A stretch of DNA of 64,000 nt from Mytilus californianus (GCF_021869535.1 NW_026262668.1:30628001-30692000), one strand, 5' to 3'. Counted from the stretch's first letter, positions 51,591 through 64,000 are shown. Notes: a model not told the origin generated them from the sequence alone. Translations and numbers: made by a program.

Positions 51591-52029
51591 AATATATAAA
51601 CTCGTCAAGTCTTTTTCTGTTATTATCTATCTCCATTTGTGTGTGAATATCTGAACATTAATCCAGTGTATCCATTTTGTAGCAACTTTGAAGAACTATT
51701 GAAATATCGACATTATAAGAAATTCTTTCACTCAAATCAATTGATATCCAGAACATCGACCCGGGTCCGCTGATTGGTTTACTATCAAACAAAAAATAAC
51801 TTATACAACAAGTTAGAAAAGATTGATATATCCATTTGATTGATTTATTATTATTTGCTAAACGTCCAGTAACACATATTTCATACATTTTCAGGAGGAG
51901 AACAACTTAACAAACTGGCGAGGCTTGCAAACTTGGTCGACATTTATGACTTTATACTTGTACATATATATAATATATTATAAAATTATCCGTAATATGG
52001 AAAATGGAAGGGACGTAAGGTTTGTAGAA

Positions 52030-52530
52030 CGTGATGTATCTAGAGCTTTTAGAAAGCTTAAAGCTTGATTTTTATTTAAACTTTCAGAAATGTTTTCACC
52101 AGATCGTAAAAGTTAACACGCAAGTGTTCCTCGTGTGTCATATTTGAGATCCTTTCTGTTTCTGATATACACAAATGATATTAGTAGACGGCATTGAAAA
52201 TGACAAAAGAGTTTTTACAAATGCCACTTCTATATTTATCATAGTAGACGATGACCAAGCTATAGCAGCTGCTTCTTTGGCTGATGACTTAGATGTTATT
52301 TCTAACTGGACTATATAATGGACTGTTCAATTTAACACCCACCCAATGAAACTCAATATATTTCACGGTCGTACGCATGACCTTGTTATTAAAACTGTGG
52401 AGTCCCACTTAATTCCTACAATGACCCCCATTACTTTTACATTTTGTAGTAAAACATTCAAGTGCTTTCTATATTCAGTGTCTAACTCTAGCTTTGATTC
52501 ATCTTATTGAAATATGTATTACCATTATTA
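52030..52530 (+). mobile_element. Decayed LINE RT fragment (CR1/L2-like)
   Basis: Degenerate translation resembling GVPQGS.LGPFLFLIYTNDI...DDT...AAASLADDLDVISNW...VQFN. Confidence 0.7.
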
Positions 52531-53356
52531 TGAACTAATCAGTGGAACACAGAAATTAAGGGTTATCCCGAAAGATTTATGATAACGTATTTCTTTTTAT
52601 TTGCTGATTTTATTCTTATACGTAACATTTTGTCCTTTTTTGTTACATTACTCATGTGATAGATCTGATTTACAAGTTTCGGTTTCAATAAATACAAGTA
52701 TCCATAATTTGTTTTGCTAAGAACAACATTGCAAGTAAATCATTGAACTAAATTAATGTTGTTTTTTTTTGGATAATCGTTTCCATACAAGGAGATTTTA
52801 AGGTGTATACTGTAATGATACCCCATAAAGTTCTGAAAAGGCCTTCAAAGGAGTTTCACTTAAGCTGTGTTTTAATTACTTGTATTAATAAAAAATGCCA
52901 ATAACTAATATCTTTCTGACATTATTGTTATACAACATCAGGGTGGAGTTTTGTTTCAAAACAGGCAGCCAAGATTGAAATGAAAAATATTTGCAAACAT
53001 GACTGTATAGGACCAAATTTTGTATTTAAATATTTAAAGCAACAATTTATGAAATTTAAATTAAAAACATTTATGTTATGTAACATTCCAAATGAAAACA
53101 TTTCAGCAACTGTTTCAAAAATGATGGGTATTTTATTCCGAAAAATTATCTAGGATAAGCAGCGCATGCAGTGAATACTGCAAAACACCTTTTACGTTTA
53201 ATTAAAATTGTCTTCATAGTTACTAAGAAGGAAAAACATTTCTTCATATTTTTATCTTTATACACAAGGTTTGAAAGTGTATTTATTGTTAGGTCCCATT
53301 TGGATATATATATATATATAGACGCATTGGATATATAAAGTGTTTTTTTCGTTTTT

Positions 53357-53786
53357 ATTGATTGATTGATTGATTGTTGGTTGCTTAACGTCCAGAGGCA
53401 AATATTTCATGCATATTCAGGACGAGAACAAATTAACAATAAATACAATAGGTAGGTTCTGTAATAGGGGCGTCCGGGATTAAGGTCGGAGAAATTTAGA
53501 CTGCTACGGGAAATGAGGGTATATTGGATAGGGACAGAAATTTAGCCTTGCAACAGGTCACCTACGGACCCCTCAAAGAGTTGTTGCAAGGGTTCTTAAC
53601 GTGCAAAAAGCGTGGTACTCTCTTAACACGAGGCATCGGATTTAACGTCCCCATTCTGACCGGACGTGGCTGCAAATTTGTACATCCCGTACAGCCAAAC
53701 GGACGCCCCACTTTAGCAAGGGTTTTACTACCGGTCGGAGGAAGACCAATGGTGACCATACTTCTATTCCCCAGTCACCCTTGGGG
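53357..53786 (-). mobile_element. Uninterrupted SINE-like element with (TCAA)n tail
   Basis: Minus-strand core ggacgttaaatccgatgcc...tgcacgttaagaacccttgcaac resembles, from memory, the Deu/Nin-type SINE core; related copies at 29909/32640, 48900, 58642 and 61190. Confidence 0.7.
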
Positions 53787-53809
53787 GGTTTTTCGTTTTT
53801 AAAAAAAGT

Positions 53810-54290
53810 ATCAGTTGAAAAAGGCTTAACTCATCAGATCGATACAAAGCAGAAAAACATCAAACATAAACACAGACCGGACGTGGCAGGGTATTTATCC
53901 ATCCCTCATCACTGACAACAAAAAGGACAATATGTACAGATCTGAGAGTTCTCGTAATTACTGACAGCTAGTTCAAAGCCAATAACAAATATTAAAAATA
54001 ATCATGTATCTAAGACTAAAACATCAATCAGTACACATCCAATATCCAATGGATTTAGAGTGTAGACGGCATTAACAGTCAGAGACCTTGTGCATTGCCA
54101 AAATAAAGGATCGACAGATTGTAGTACCGTTAAAGTGCATATGTGTATAACAAAACTATTAGTATGATTTTGAGTTACTGATAACAAAATCAATATTCAT
54201 ATCAAAAAAACAATATTCAATATCTTATAACAGTGTTGAATTAGTAACCTTTCAAAATAAGTTTATTTAAAGGATTGATAAGTTTACCCG
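53810..54290 (+). repeat. Family A internal portion fused to the SINE end
   Basis: aaatcagttgaaaaaggcttaactcatcagatcg... matches 16390-16620 and continues beyond it. Confidence 0.7.
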
Positions 54291-57200
54291 GATCGTATCT
54301 AAATTTCCGTGCTCGGTTAACAACATCAACGTAAAATTTAGGGTGTGCTATTCCGTCTGAAATAAGTTTTTCAGGTACAGTCAAACTTGCAAACCAAATC
54401 TTTGTATCTATGAAAGAATTTAGTAAAGGTTTTAAGTAATTTGTGGTATCGAAATCCCTGACTTAATAATTCACCATTAATACATAGTTTACGCTCATTG
54501 AAATCCAAAACGTCACTACATACACGGGCATAACGAACGAGTTAGGATATATGAAAACCGTAAGATGGTGCTCAGTTTCTAGTTTTCTATGTAATGTTTT
54601 GTGAACTTTCTATTTTCTCTCGTGGCGTTATCAGTTTTGCACGGTCCACTGAACATAGAAAATGATAGTGCGATTGGGGCATCCGTGTACTATGGACACA
54701 TTCTTGTTTCTTCTTAAATTTTAATGACCTTGGGCTGAATTTTCTGCTCTTTGTCCGATTTGTCTATTTGACGCATTCCCTGTTTCCATTCTCAATTTTA
54801 TTAAGTCGATAAATTCATAAATTATTTAAAAACTTAGGCTATTCATTTTGTCATATAGCTCTTCCCTTGTTCAAGGGTTTATATATATCATTGGCTCTCA
54901 ATTTTTTTATTTTGAGTATTCCAGATGAAGGGAAATACAGAAATGCGCTTAGGACGCACGGAATTATATGAAGTGTTATATTCATTCATGTACTATACTA
55001 AGTATATGATTTTCTGCGTGTATATCTTTTTTCCATTAACATATCTAAAAGGCAATATGTATTTTATGTTTCATGTTTTTTTATTATTTTGATGATACTT
55101 TTCATCTACTGATGCATTTAATGATTTAGTGGGAAAAAAACCGGATCCGGCTGAAAAAATCTTACTTCCTTATGGCCTTAACATGTAGAATTCAAATAAA
55201 AGCTAGACCTAAGCTCGATCAATTTTGAAACTATTCCCTGTAAAAACTAGACCTAAGCTCCATCCATTTTGAAACTGTTCCCTGGTCTCTATCATCCAAC
55301 AATTTGTTTTATTCCACTGTATGTTAAATTTGATAGCTAAATCAATGTTTGATTGGTTGAGACCATTCCACGTGACACTGAACAAAACTTCATATCTCCC
55401 TCAGTCACGGGAAGCAAATGTATAAAAATTTTGGCTCAAAGTTTGAACTTCATTAACACCAAAGTCTAACAAAGAAATTATAACTGCTCGTCAGTGAAGT
55501 TAACACAATCGACAAATAACGTTACGGTATGATTTACTTAATTAAATATTAGAATATGATATGTCAATGTAATGCCTGATCTCAGTGTGCAAACAGAAAA
55601 CCTTAAGATACTCTAAGTGAAGTCGAAAACTTTGGACTTGCCCAAAATTGATGCTCAGATATAAATAGTGAAATGTAACAATTGCAATGAATGTCGCTGT
55701 GAGATCCTTGAATGTCACCATGTTCATCAGAATACTGTGGCATCTATCTAAATTTCCCATTGATGTGAAAAAATCAAGAGTTATCGTGTCAACGCATCTG
55801 ATTCTATGCTGAGTTAGAATTTTAGTTGTAATATGTACATTAAAGTGAACATCAGTCAATGAAATATTGGTAGTCTGTAGCCATTGTGACAGGTTTCGTA
55901 GAGGACTAGGGACATCCACAAGCAGGGGGATAAATTCCATGACATCAATTAGTTTCATTATCCTCAGATGCCCTCGTGCTTTATTTTGAGCTTCTATTTG
56001 TGAATAAAAATGTAATGTCTTCATAGAAATTAATCATCAATAGTTGCAAAACCCATATCAAAAAAATGTTTACAGATCGAAACCAAAATGTTTTCAGCTA
56101 GGAGATTTTTTCTTATTTTTCAAATTTTAATATTTGAGAATATGTTTTTTAAATTCAACTAAATTAAATACCTAGGAAAATTAAAATAATTGGTTAGGAG
56201 TGAATTGTTGAAGCTTTGGAATTTGAAAATGGATTTAAGTGAGGTGAGAGTGTTTTTGTTCCGTGTTGAAGGCTTCACTGTGACTTTCAGATGAAGAACA
56301 GCAACAAAAGCATTATTCCTTTGCTTTTGTGGTTTTTGCTGTGCATTTACTGATTTTGTGTCATGGATGGGTACCCCATATTCTTTGTTTTTCTATTATT
56401 TTATATCTTTATAACAGAGATATGCTCAAGTTTGTGAGTGAATGTCAAGTTTAAAGTAAAATGTCATACTTAGAATTTCAGATTTGATTGGTTTAAGGGT
56501 ACTAACTAAGTAATATCAAGTATTTTATGGTTATTAGATACCTGTGACCTTTGATACACCACAGCATTGACACCGAATGAATTACCTAAAAATCCTTCAA
56601 AAGAGTCCCAATTCCAAGCACTATATAGCCAACACGTCTGGTTCCCCCACTCGGGTAGGAATCACCCTGTTCTGTGCGAGTGCATCAAACAAACTGTAAG
56701 ACAATTACGATGCTTTGGAAAATCACTGTAAACATAATTTAACCCATCAAAAGAAAAGTATCTGTATCATATAGAACAACTTTCTTCGCGCCATTTCGGG
56801 ACGCTAATTCGAACCTGAAAGACAAGTTTTGTAACATCCTCAAAACTCTTGTTATTCTTAATCAGATTTCGGGTGTTTCTTCACAGGATGGATATTTTAC
56901 TTTGTGTTTCCTTATCAAGTATTTACAAATGCTTATTGTGCCTATGTATGCTCAGGGTTTCATAATATGTGGTGAACACATCTACTGACATTTGGTAAAC
57001 ACGACTTTCTTTGTGATATTTTAGTGATTCCAGTGTATACTCTTCAATAATTATTATAGTTTTAATTGTTATGAGATATTTTACCTGATCTACAGTTCTC
57101 TCACAGAGGCTGTACCATATCTATTTCTTCTTTCTTTTTATGTCATATTCGGTCAATTTTTCATTTCATCCGATAAAAAAGCTATTTTCGTCGCTTTTTT

Positions 57201-57329
57201 TTCTTGCTCTTTTTCTTGTTCCTTTTGTTTTTTAAATTATTTAGGTCTAAAAAGCGTTTTCATATTCAACTTTTTTTTCAAAACTTGCCACCGGATGAAT
57301 TTTTTGAACATTCAGAATAAAAATGCAGA

Positions 57330-57530
57330 AGATACCAAAGGAGACATTTAAAATTCAAGAATCCAGAGAAACAGACAATGCTTAGTAAAAATAAGACGAC
57401 AAAAAGATAAACATGTTCACAAAACTGTAACAATACATAGAAAACTAAAGACTGAACAACACGACGGCCCTAGAAAAAAAACAACTTGGGATGATCTCGT
57501 GTGTTCCGGAAGGGTAGGCAAATCAGAAAA
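57330..57530 (+). repeat. Interspersed repeat family C copy
   Basis: gaagataccaaaggagacatt...gaaaactaaagactgaacaacacg...ccggaagggtaggc. Confidence 0.65.
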
Positions 57531-58641
57531 GTATAAAGAACAAGATGGACCATAAGAAGATAAACATGTTATAAAATGTTTTATTTTTGACCCACTCATA
57601 CCGACCTATGAGTGTAAAACAATTATTTCGGTTACAACGTGAAACGACTATTCTTGCAGTTGTTGTTTAGTAGCAATGGACATTGAAATAACATCAACAA
57701 GAAACATGACTGTGTGTGTTTTATTGAAAATTCAAGAGCGAAAAATCGCTGAATCACTTCAACGAGCAACGAAAATATCACTCACCACCTCTATTTTTAC
57801 TCAATTCGGTGAGTTGGCGAGCGAAGATTTCACACACTGCCAGACTGATACATTCTGGATGAGATTGAAAGATGGAGGATTTGACCATTTTAATCAAGTA
57901 GGTTTAGAAATTCTAGATCTAAAAACATGTTTGCCAACCATCTCCAATAACTCAATACTCAGATAACAGATGGAATTTAAAGATATTTCAGAAACAAAAA
58001 CGGTCGACTTGTGTCTAATGATTGCAACCCTTCGGCCATTTAACATTTATCTTGTTTTATATTTTTCAATATGCTATTGTGACAATTAATAAAAAAAATC
58101 CTAAACATGAGAAACTCGATGCCAATCGTAAATGAGCAAAACACAGACTATACTGAAACAGATCGAATTAAACTTAATTTCTGAGTTGCAATATTCTCTT
58201 TTGAATATATAACACTCAACTCTATGAATGGATAATATATTGCAATCACTTTATACGCCCGTTTGCCGTCTGTCCAACAAATGGTTTTGTCACATTTTCC
58301 TCATATATACTGAACAGAATCTTGCATATTTGTCAGCAACTATATAAATAGTTGACAGTAAACAGTTTCAAAAGAGAGGCAAGATATCAAGGGGACAATA
58401 AAAAGCCTAAAGACGAAGAAAATTTGACTGCACCATGAAAAAACGAAAAACAAGTCTACAAAACAATAGCAGAAACCATCTGCTTTTTCTGAATCTTTGA
58501 AGTAGGAGTGGGAGTAAGCTTAGCTACCCAACGTGTACAACTTCCTGTTACATTTATTTTTCATCACAATTATACTTTTACTAATTCGAGTTGGTAAACT
58601 TTAAACAAAGTCCTTCGTCTTTAATGCAGAAATGTAGTTAC

Positions 58642-59010
58642 ATTGATTGATTGATTGTTCTTTGCTTAAAGTCCAGTGGCAAATATTCCATACTGCTCAG
58701 GGCGAGAACAAATTAACAATAAGTACAATAGGTAGGTCCTGTAATAGAGGCCTTTCGAGATGAAGGCCTAGGTAAATTGGACTGCCACTGGAAAATGAGG
58801 ATGTAAGGATAGGTCAGAAATTTTCCCTTGCCACATGTCACCTACGGACCCCTTAAAGAGTTGTTGCAAGGGTTTTTAACGTGCAGAGAGCGTGGCATCG
58901 GATTCAACGTCCCTCTTCTGACCGGAAGTGACTGTGTTCTTGTACATCCCGCACAGCCAAACGGACGCCCTTTACTGTTGTTCGGAAGAAGATCAAAGTG
59001 ACCATATTTC
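58642..59010 (-). mobile_element. SINE-like copy truncated at its junction with an SDR exon-7 remnant
   Basis: Colinear with 53357-53765, then switches abruptly to exon-7-like sequence. Confidence 0.8.
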
Positions 59011-59125
59011 TCCTCAGAAAGTACGGTTTTATTCAGTCATCAAGTATTATTTTTAATAGAATATCATTCTGCCAATTTATAAAACCCTAAAATAGAACAT
59101 GCATGGACTGCAAAATTATGTAATT
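59010..59125 (+). pseudogene. Orphan decayed SDR exon 7 plus the start of intron 7
   Basis: ctcctcagaaagtacggttttattcagtcat vs copy A ctcctcagaaagtacgggttaactcagtcaa; downstream caagtattat...atagaacatgcat...aattatgta aligns with 17514-17605; acceptor and donor are lost. Confidence 0.75.
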
Positions 59126-59274
59126 TACGTGTGATAGTTAGTATCAAGACTTTGAAAAATATTGAAGATAACACAAGGTCAATCTAAAATCATAAGTCCA
59201 AGATAGACGCACAAAATATTGGTCAAAATCGGGGAGGGGAAGACGAATTAACATGCATTATTTTTTATTATTAA

Positions 59275-60180
59275 TTGTTTTTGGCTTTTAACTAGCTGTC
59301 AGTAACTGCGAATACTCTCAAATCGTACTTTCTTGTTTATTTGACCTGTTGATACTAATTGTAATGCTTTTTTGTTAATTAATGTTTACTTATTTAGAGT
59401 TATATCTGGTCTATATACCAGCTTTGATAAGTGTTTGGTATTACTATAAATTTTTACTTCTTCGTACTATGAACATCAATATTATTTATTTTGTAAAAAT
59501 ATTTCCTTTCTCCATTTGAACTGTACACGTATACCTAATAACAAAATTATTTTCATTTACCTGTGTTTAAAGTAATTGCAAATGGCTGATATTTTTGTTC
59601 AAGTATATTGTTTTTCTAAAATTGTTTAACATTTCAAAGCGGTATAACATGTTACTTTAATTATTCTTCCCTTAGTTTATTTATTTTGTATTTACATTGT
59701 ATCATAGATCAAATTTATTTGTTCAGTGTATGTTCATTGGTGTTAATATGTCTTTTGATTGAGTTAAGCCATTTAAATTGATATTTGATAGTGTGTCTTT
59801 CTATGTTGTGATGTTACACTATTGTTTCAGATAAGGGTGAAGGTTTGGTACCATTAAAACGTTTAAACCCCCTGCAATTGTTTGCACCTGTCCTAAGTCA
59901 GGAATCTGATGTTCAGTAGTTGTCGTTTGTTGATGTGGTTCATAAGTGTTTCTCGTTTCTCGTTTTTTATATAGATTAGACCGTTGGTTTTCCCGTTTGA
60001 ATGGTTTTACACTAATAATTTTTGGGGCCCTTTATAGCTTGCTGTTCGGTGTGAGCCAAGGCTCCGTGTTGAAGACCGTACTTTGACCTATAATGGTTTA
60101 CTTTAATACATTTTGACTTGGATGGAGAGTTGTCTCATTGGCACTCATTGCCACTCATACCACATCTTCTTATATATATA
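59275..60180 (-). repeat. Interspersed repeat family A, long copy
   Basis: ttttggcttttaactagctgtcagtaactgcga...cctgtcctaagtcaggaatc...gtctcattggcactcataccacatcttctt. Confidence 0.75.
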
Positions 60181-60402
60181 AAAGAAAGAAAACATCATAT
60201 TCGATTCATGCAAATATTACATTATAGCCAAGTGAATAATCAACCATGACAAACAGAGTAGTTTCAAGCAAAAGCAAAAGTAAATCCTATTCACTTATTT
60301 ACCTTTGTCAAATATTTCAAGAATGTTGGCAATTATTCATGTATATACTTACTAAATTGTGGTATTGAAATTAAACTGTTTCAAGCTTGGTCTTATTCTT
60401 AT

Positions 60403-60887
60403 ATGAATGAATGAATGATCTTTATTCTCATAAACCAAATACATAGTTACAGAGAAGATATTACAATAATAACAAATATTAAATATAGCATGTGTGAAAT
60501 ACAAATTAATATGATAAATATTTACACAAAAGATAAATAAACATATAGTTGTTTTCAACCAGGAGGATAGACTTTCACAGAAATAGATTTAATGAATCTA
60601 CAAAGTTTCTCAAGCTCAACAATATCTTTGGTTGAACATACTTGTTTGAATTTAATAACGTTTATATTTTTATTACAATATTGTGGTAAGTATTTGCTTC
60701 TTTCATCTTTCAAAAAATTACATGACATGATATAATGGTATTCATCACCAATGTCAGCTGAGTCGCAAAGGTGACACAATCTTTCAGATCTTGGAATGTT
60801 GCGCCACCTTCCCGTCTCAATGGGCAAACGGTTATTCCCACATCTAAATTTACATAAGGTTATTAATGAATACATAAATATATACAA
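60403..60887 (-). mobile_element. LINE 3' end (same group as 30076-32639) with (CATT)n tail
   Basis: RCGNNRLPIETGRW..LCHLC..IGDEYHYIMSC..LCRFIKSISVKVYPPG; minus strand ends gagaataaagatcattcattcattcat. Confidence 0.85.
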
Positions 60888-62190
60888 TTATGGTTTTTAA
60901 AGATTGTTGAGGTCGTGGTGAAAACTGAAGAACATATTAATTTTGTCATGACTTAATTCACCATTTAACACTGAATACTGTTTTAACATGGGTTACAAAT
61001 TTACTTCAATGAACGTCTGTTAATTATTTAGATTAACCATTACAGTACTCATATTTTGTAATTGCATATAAATCATTTTACCGATAATTGAATGCGCATA
61101 AATCTTGATACGATTTTACGAATACAGCATAAGCTCCAAATTTCGAAAATGCTTGATTTTAATCTTATATTATGAATATTCAGAACAGTAATGAGGACGT
61201 TAAATCCGATGTCCCGTGTTAGGTGAGTGACATGTTCTTTGCACCTCTAAATAAAACCTTGCAACAACTCTCTGAGGGGTCTGTAGCGTACCATAAAATT
61301 CCTATGGTTATCCATATGTTATGCCTTTCATGCAAAAAAACCTTCCTATCGTACTTTTTATTCATTTGTTCTCGTCCTTAATAAGCGTGAAATATTTGTC
61401 AGTGGACGTTAAACAAACAACAATAATCATGAATTAAATTCAAACTTATTGTTGCTTACATCTATGTCATTTTGGAATCTGGTGCGTAGTGTATTATTGG
61501 CAATCATACCACATTTTTTTATTTTGTATATTTTCTCTCGTATATTGGTTTAAATTTAATAATAATAATTTTTTATTGTCCTATAAGTAAACATAATTAA
61601 TACGTGTGACAAATACAAATTGCATACACTAGTATATATATGTTCCAGACCATATGAGTAGTTGGACCGTACGCCTACGGTCTAGACCGAAGGCGTACTT
61701 TTTCTAAATACACATACGGTCGGACTGTACGCGTACAGTCTGCCTAATTTTGAGAAGTTGGTCAAGTTTATTAGATACAAATGTATATTACAGATGACGA
61801 TAACTGACATTTCGAATTAATATAAAAAGTTCAATTGTAATTGATATAAAAGCTTAATATTTTAAATTCAGGTTATTTAATCTGTTAATCTCCTGTATTT
61901 AGCATGTCAGTAATACATGAAATTGAATTATGCTCACTGAAATTGAAGTTATCGGAAGTAAACATAATGTGGGAAGAAACGTTTTTAGAATATTTAGGAA
62001 CTTTACTACAAAAACCGTCAAACCAGCTGTTTACTTGTGAGAAGACTGATAGAATTAAAAATGTTTTGATAAATGGGAAAAGTGATTCAGCGAGATCCGA
62101 CAAAATGTTAAGGAAAAGAAATTCGCATTGATTAATTGTCCTGAGTTTGGAATGGAAAACGAACTCTGCATTCTAGAAAATGAGGTGAGA

Positions 62191-62397
62191 AAAAGAGAGG
62201 CAAAAGATACCAGAGGGACATTCAAACTCATAAGTCGAAAATAAACTGACAACGCCATGGCTAAAAAAGAAAAGACAAACAGACAAATAATAGTACACAA
62301 AACACAACACAGAAAACTAAAGACTGAGCAACACGAACCCCACCAAAAACTGGGGGTGATCTCAGGTGCTCCGGAAGGGTGAGTAGATCCTGCTCCA
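62191..62397 (+). repeat. Interspersed repeat family C, well-preserved copy
   Basis: aaaagagaggcaaaagataccagagggacattc...ggaagggtgagtagatcctgctcc. Confidence 0.8.
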
Positions 62398-62495
62398 ATT
62401 ATTATTATTTAGTTTGCATTACATATTACTTTATCAACTTATAGTTGTCCTTCTTGTGATTTCCCCTATTATCCCAATATCTAATTTCGTACCAG

Positions 62496-62620
62496 ACCGC
62501 CTCGGTGGTGTAATCGTTAGCGTCCTGAATATGCATCTGACCTGTCACCTGACGTTAAGCAACCATCCATTATCATCATCCTCCTCAGCAGCAGCATCAT
62601 CCACATCATCATCATCATCC
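62496..62620 (+). mobile_element. Internally deleted tRNA-derived SINE (A-box head joined to tail)
   Basis: accgcctcggtggtgtaatcgttagcgt (A-box-like 62506-62516), then gacgttaagcaacca (62551-62565, matching the SINE tail block) and (ATC)n. Confidence 0.5.
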
Positions 62621-63592
62621 AATTTCGCACCGATTTTTATTCATCAAACAAGTTATAATCAAAAGGGGGAACCAACTTAAACTACTATTCTTTATTTTCG
62701 TTTATCTTTATCTCTTTTAATAAGATTATGTTACTTTCTTTGTATAATTTATAATTTTCTTTTCTTTCCATTTTTTAATTTAGTTTTTTTTTCTGTAGGA
62801 ATCTAGCATGATGGGAACTCTCACCAATTGGAAAACATTGTTACAGTTGATTATATATTTGAAATACTTAAGTCTGTACACGAGGGAGCTAGGGCTCATA
62901 CAGGATACCATAAATTGTACAAGGACAAAAAGCCACAAAGAAACGTTGCTCCACTGACGCCCATCACATCCATATATTTTATGCACAGGGAGCAGTTAGA
63001 CTTATTTGACAAGCGTGCTGACCCAGACGGGGAATACTGTTGGATCGGTCACTACATTGACCACTATACAAAAATTAATTTCTTCTGGCCTCAGATGGAA
63101 AAGTCTGCAGATGAAGTAGCACGCAGTTTAACAGTGCATGTATTTTCTGTTGTTGGTCTTCCGTCTATCCTACAGCATGACAACGGAAGAGAATTCTGCA
63201 ACGCAGTAATAAGAGAAACTTTAAAACTTTGGTCCGGCGACGGAGATGTTAAGATAATAACAGGAAGACCTAGGCATCCCAGAACACAGGGTTTAGTGGA
63301 ACAGGTTCATGACTGACGTTATTCATAAACTGTTGGCATCAAAACGAGCAGATAAACCTGGCTCATGATGGATTGAATTTCTGTAAGAGATAAAGTATTC
63401 ACTGAACACACAGTGTTATGGTTATGGTATTTTCCTAAAAAAAATTATTCTGATCCCCAATTTGATGGAAAAAAATATTTTGATGAAGCAGATGACAAAA
63501 AAAAAATATTCTGAATCCAGATTTTCCCCATACCTTATAGTGTTAAATTTTGAAAAAAATAATTTGATTGTTAGAGTCGAAAAACTAAAAAA

Positions 63593-63765
63593 AACGAGAC
63601 CGACTCACAGACAGAAAACGAGACTGACTCACAAGCAGAAAACGAGACCGACTCACAGACAGAAAACGAGACCGACTCACAGACAGAAGCTTAGACCGAC
63701 CCACAGACAGAAGCTGAGACCGACCCACAGACAGAAGCTGAGACCGACTCACAAGCAGGAACTGT
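63593..63765 (+). repeat. 24-bp coding minisatellite, about 7 units
   Basis: Unit aacgagaccgactcacagacagaa and variants; reads (N/A)ETD(S/P)Q(T/A)E in the frame starting at 63593. Confidence 0.9.
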
Positions 63766-64000
63766 TCAACCTACCCGAAAACGACGACGAACTGAAACGT
63801 CAGAAATATCTACTGAGACATACGATGTTACAGACTACAGACCTACACAGGATGAACTCATGGCAGTTGAAGATTTTATGATACTGAATGACATTATAGC
63901 TGACCATCCTGATGACAGAAACTTTACCATGATAACGGACGACGGACAAATGACGACTCACGACAGAATACGAAAGATACTGGAGAGAAAAATATAATAC

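Larger units (their letters stand above)
61641..64000 (+). mobile_element. Ginger2/TDD (KRBA2/SCAND3-like) DDE integrase transposon relic, running off the window
   Basis: 62828-63316 gives H..AH.G, QLDL, HYIDHYTK, ILQHDNGREF, GRPRHPRTQGLVE; an N-terminal piece lies at 61904-62184; candidate left end TGTTCCAGACC after TATA at 61641. The integrase call is strong; the boundary and superfamily are inferred. Confidence 0.7.

Noticed and set aside
55180-55280. Two-unit ~45-bp tandem repeat
   Set aside because: Ordinary short local duplication with no further structure.
63462-63881. Basic KTRPTHRQ repeat protein
   Set aside because: Starts inside an inserted AT-rich repeat, and repeat variants are non-synonymous in this frame; the acidic frame is better supported.

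Overview
AT-rich eukaryotic genomic DNA with spliceosomal GT-AG introns. The repeat families resemble those I recall from bivalves (Mytilus-like); this taxon call is an inference. The only host gene family I can support is a tandem array of intron-rich, classical short-chain dehydrogenase/reductase (SDR, FabG/3-oxoacyl-ACP-reductase-like) genes on the + strand. Copy A has 9 coding exons and gives an intact 259-aa protein only if the distal first exon at 4052 is used, because its nearer first exon at 8202 has a 2-nt frameshift. Copy B (33203-43642) is a pseudogene: ATG>GTG, an in-frame TAA in exon 4, and exon 7 deleted. A third remnant consists of an intact orphan exon 1 (49595) and a decayed exon 7 (about 59010). 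The rest is a dense transposon landscape: an intron-containing Crypton-like tyrosine recombinase relic, a Ginger2/KRBA2-like DDE integrase relic with an acidic repeat tail, LINE fragments (one nested in a SINE with a 6-bp TSD), several Helentron-associated-like (HINE) elements with internal tandem repeats, MITEs and minisatellites. I found no CRISPR array, rRNA or true tRNA gene, and no evidence for a wholly new multi-gene system. The most unusual host-gene features are the redundant first exons and a duplicated exon-4 splice donor. All exon coordinates were read by hand; repeat boundaries are approximate.
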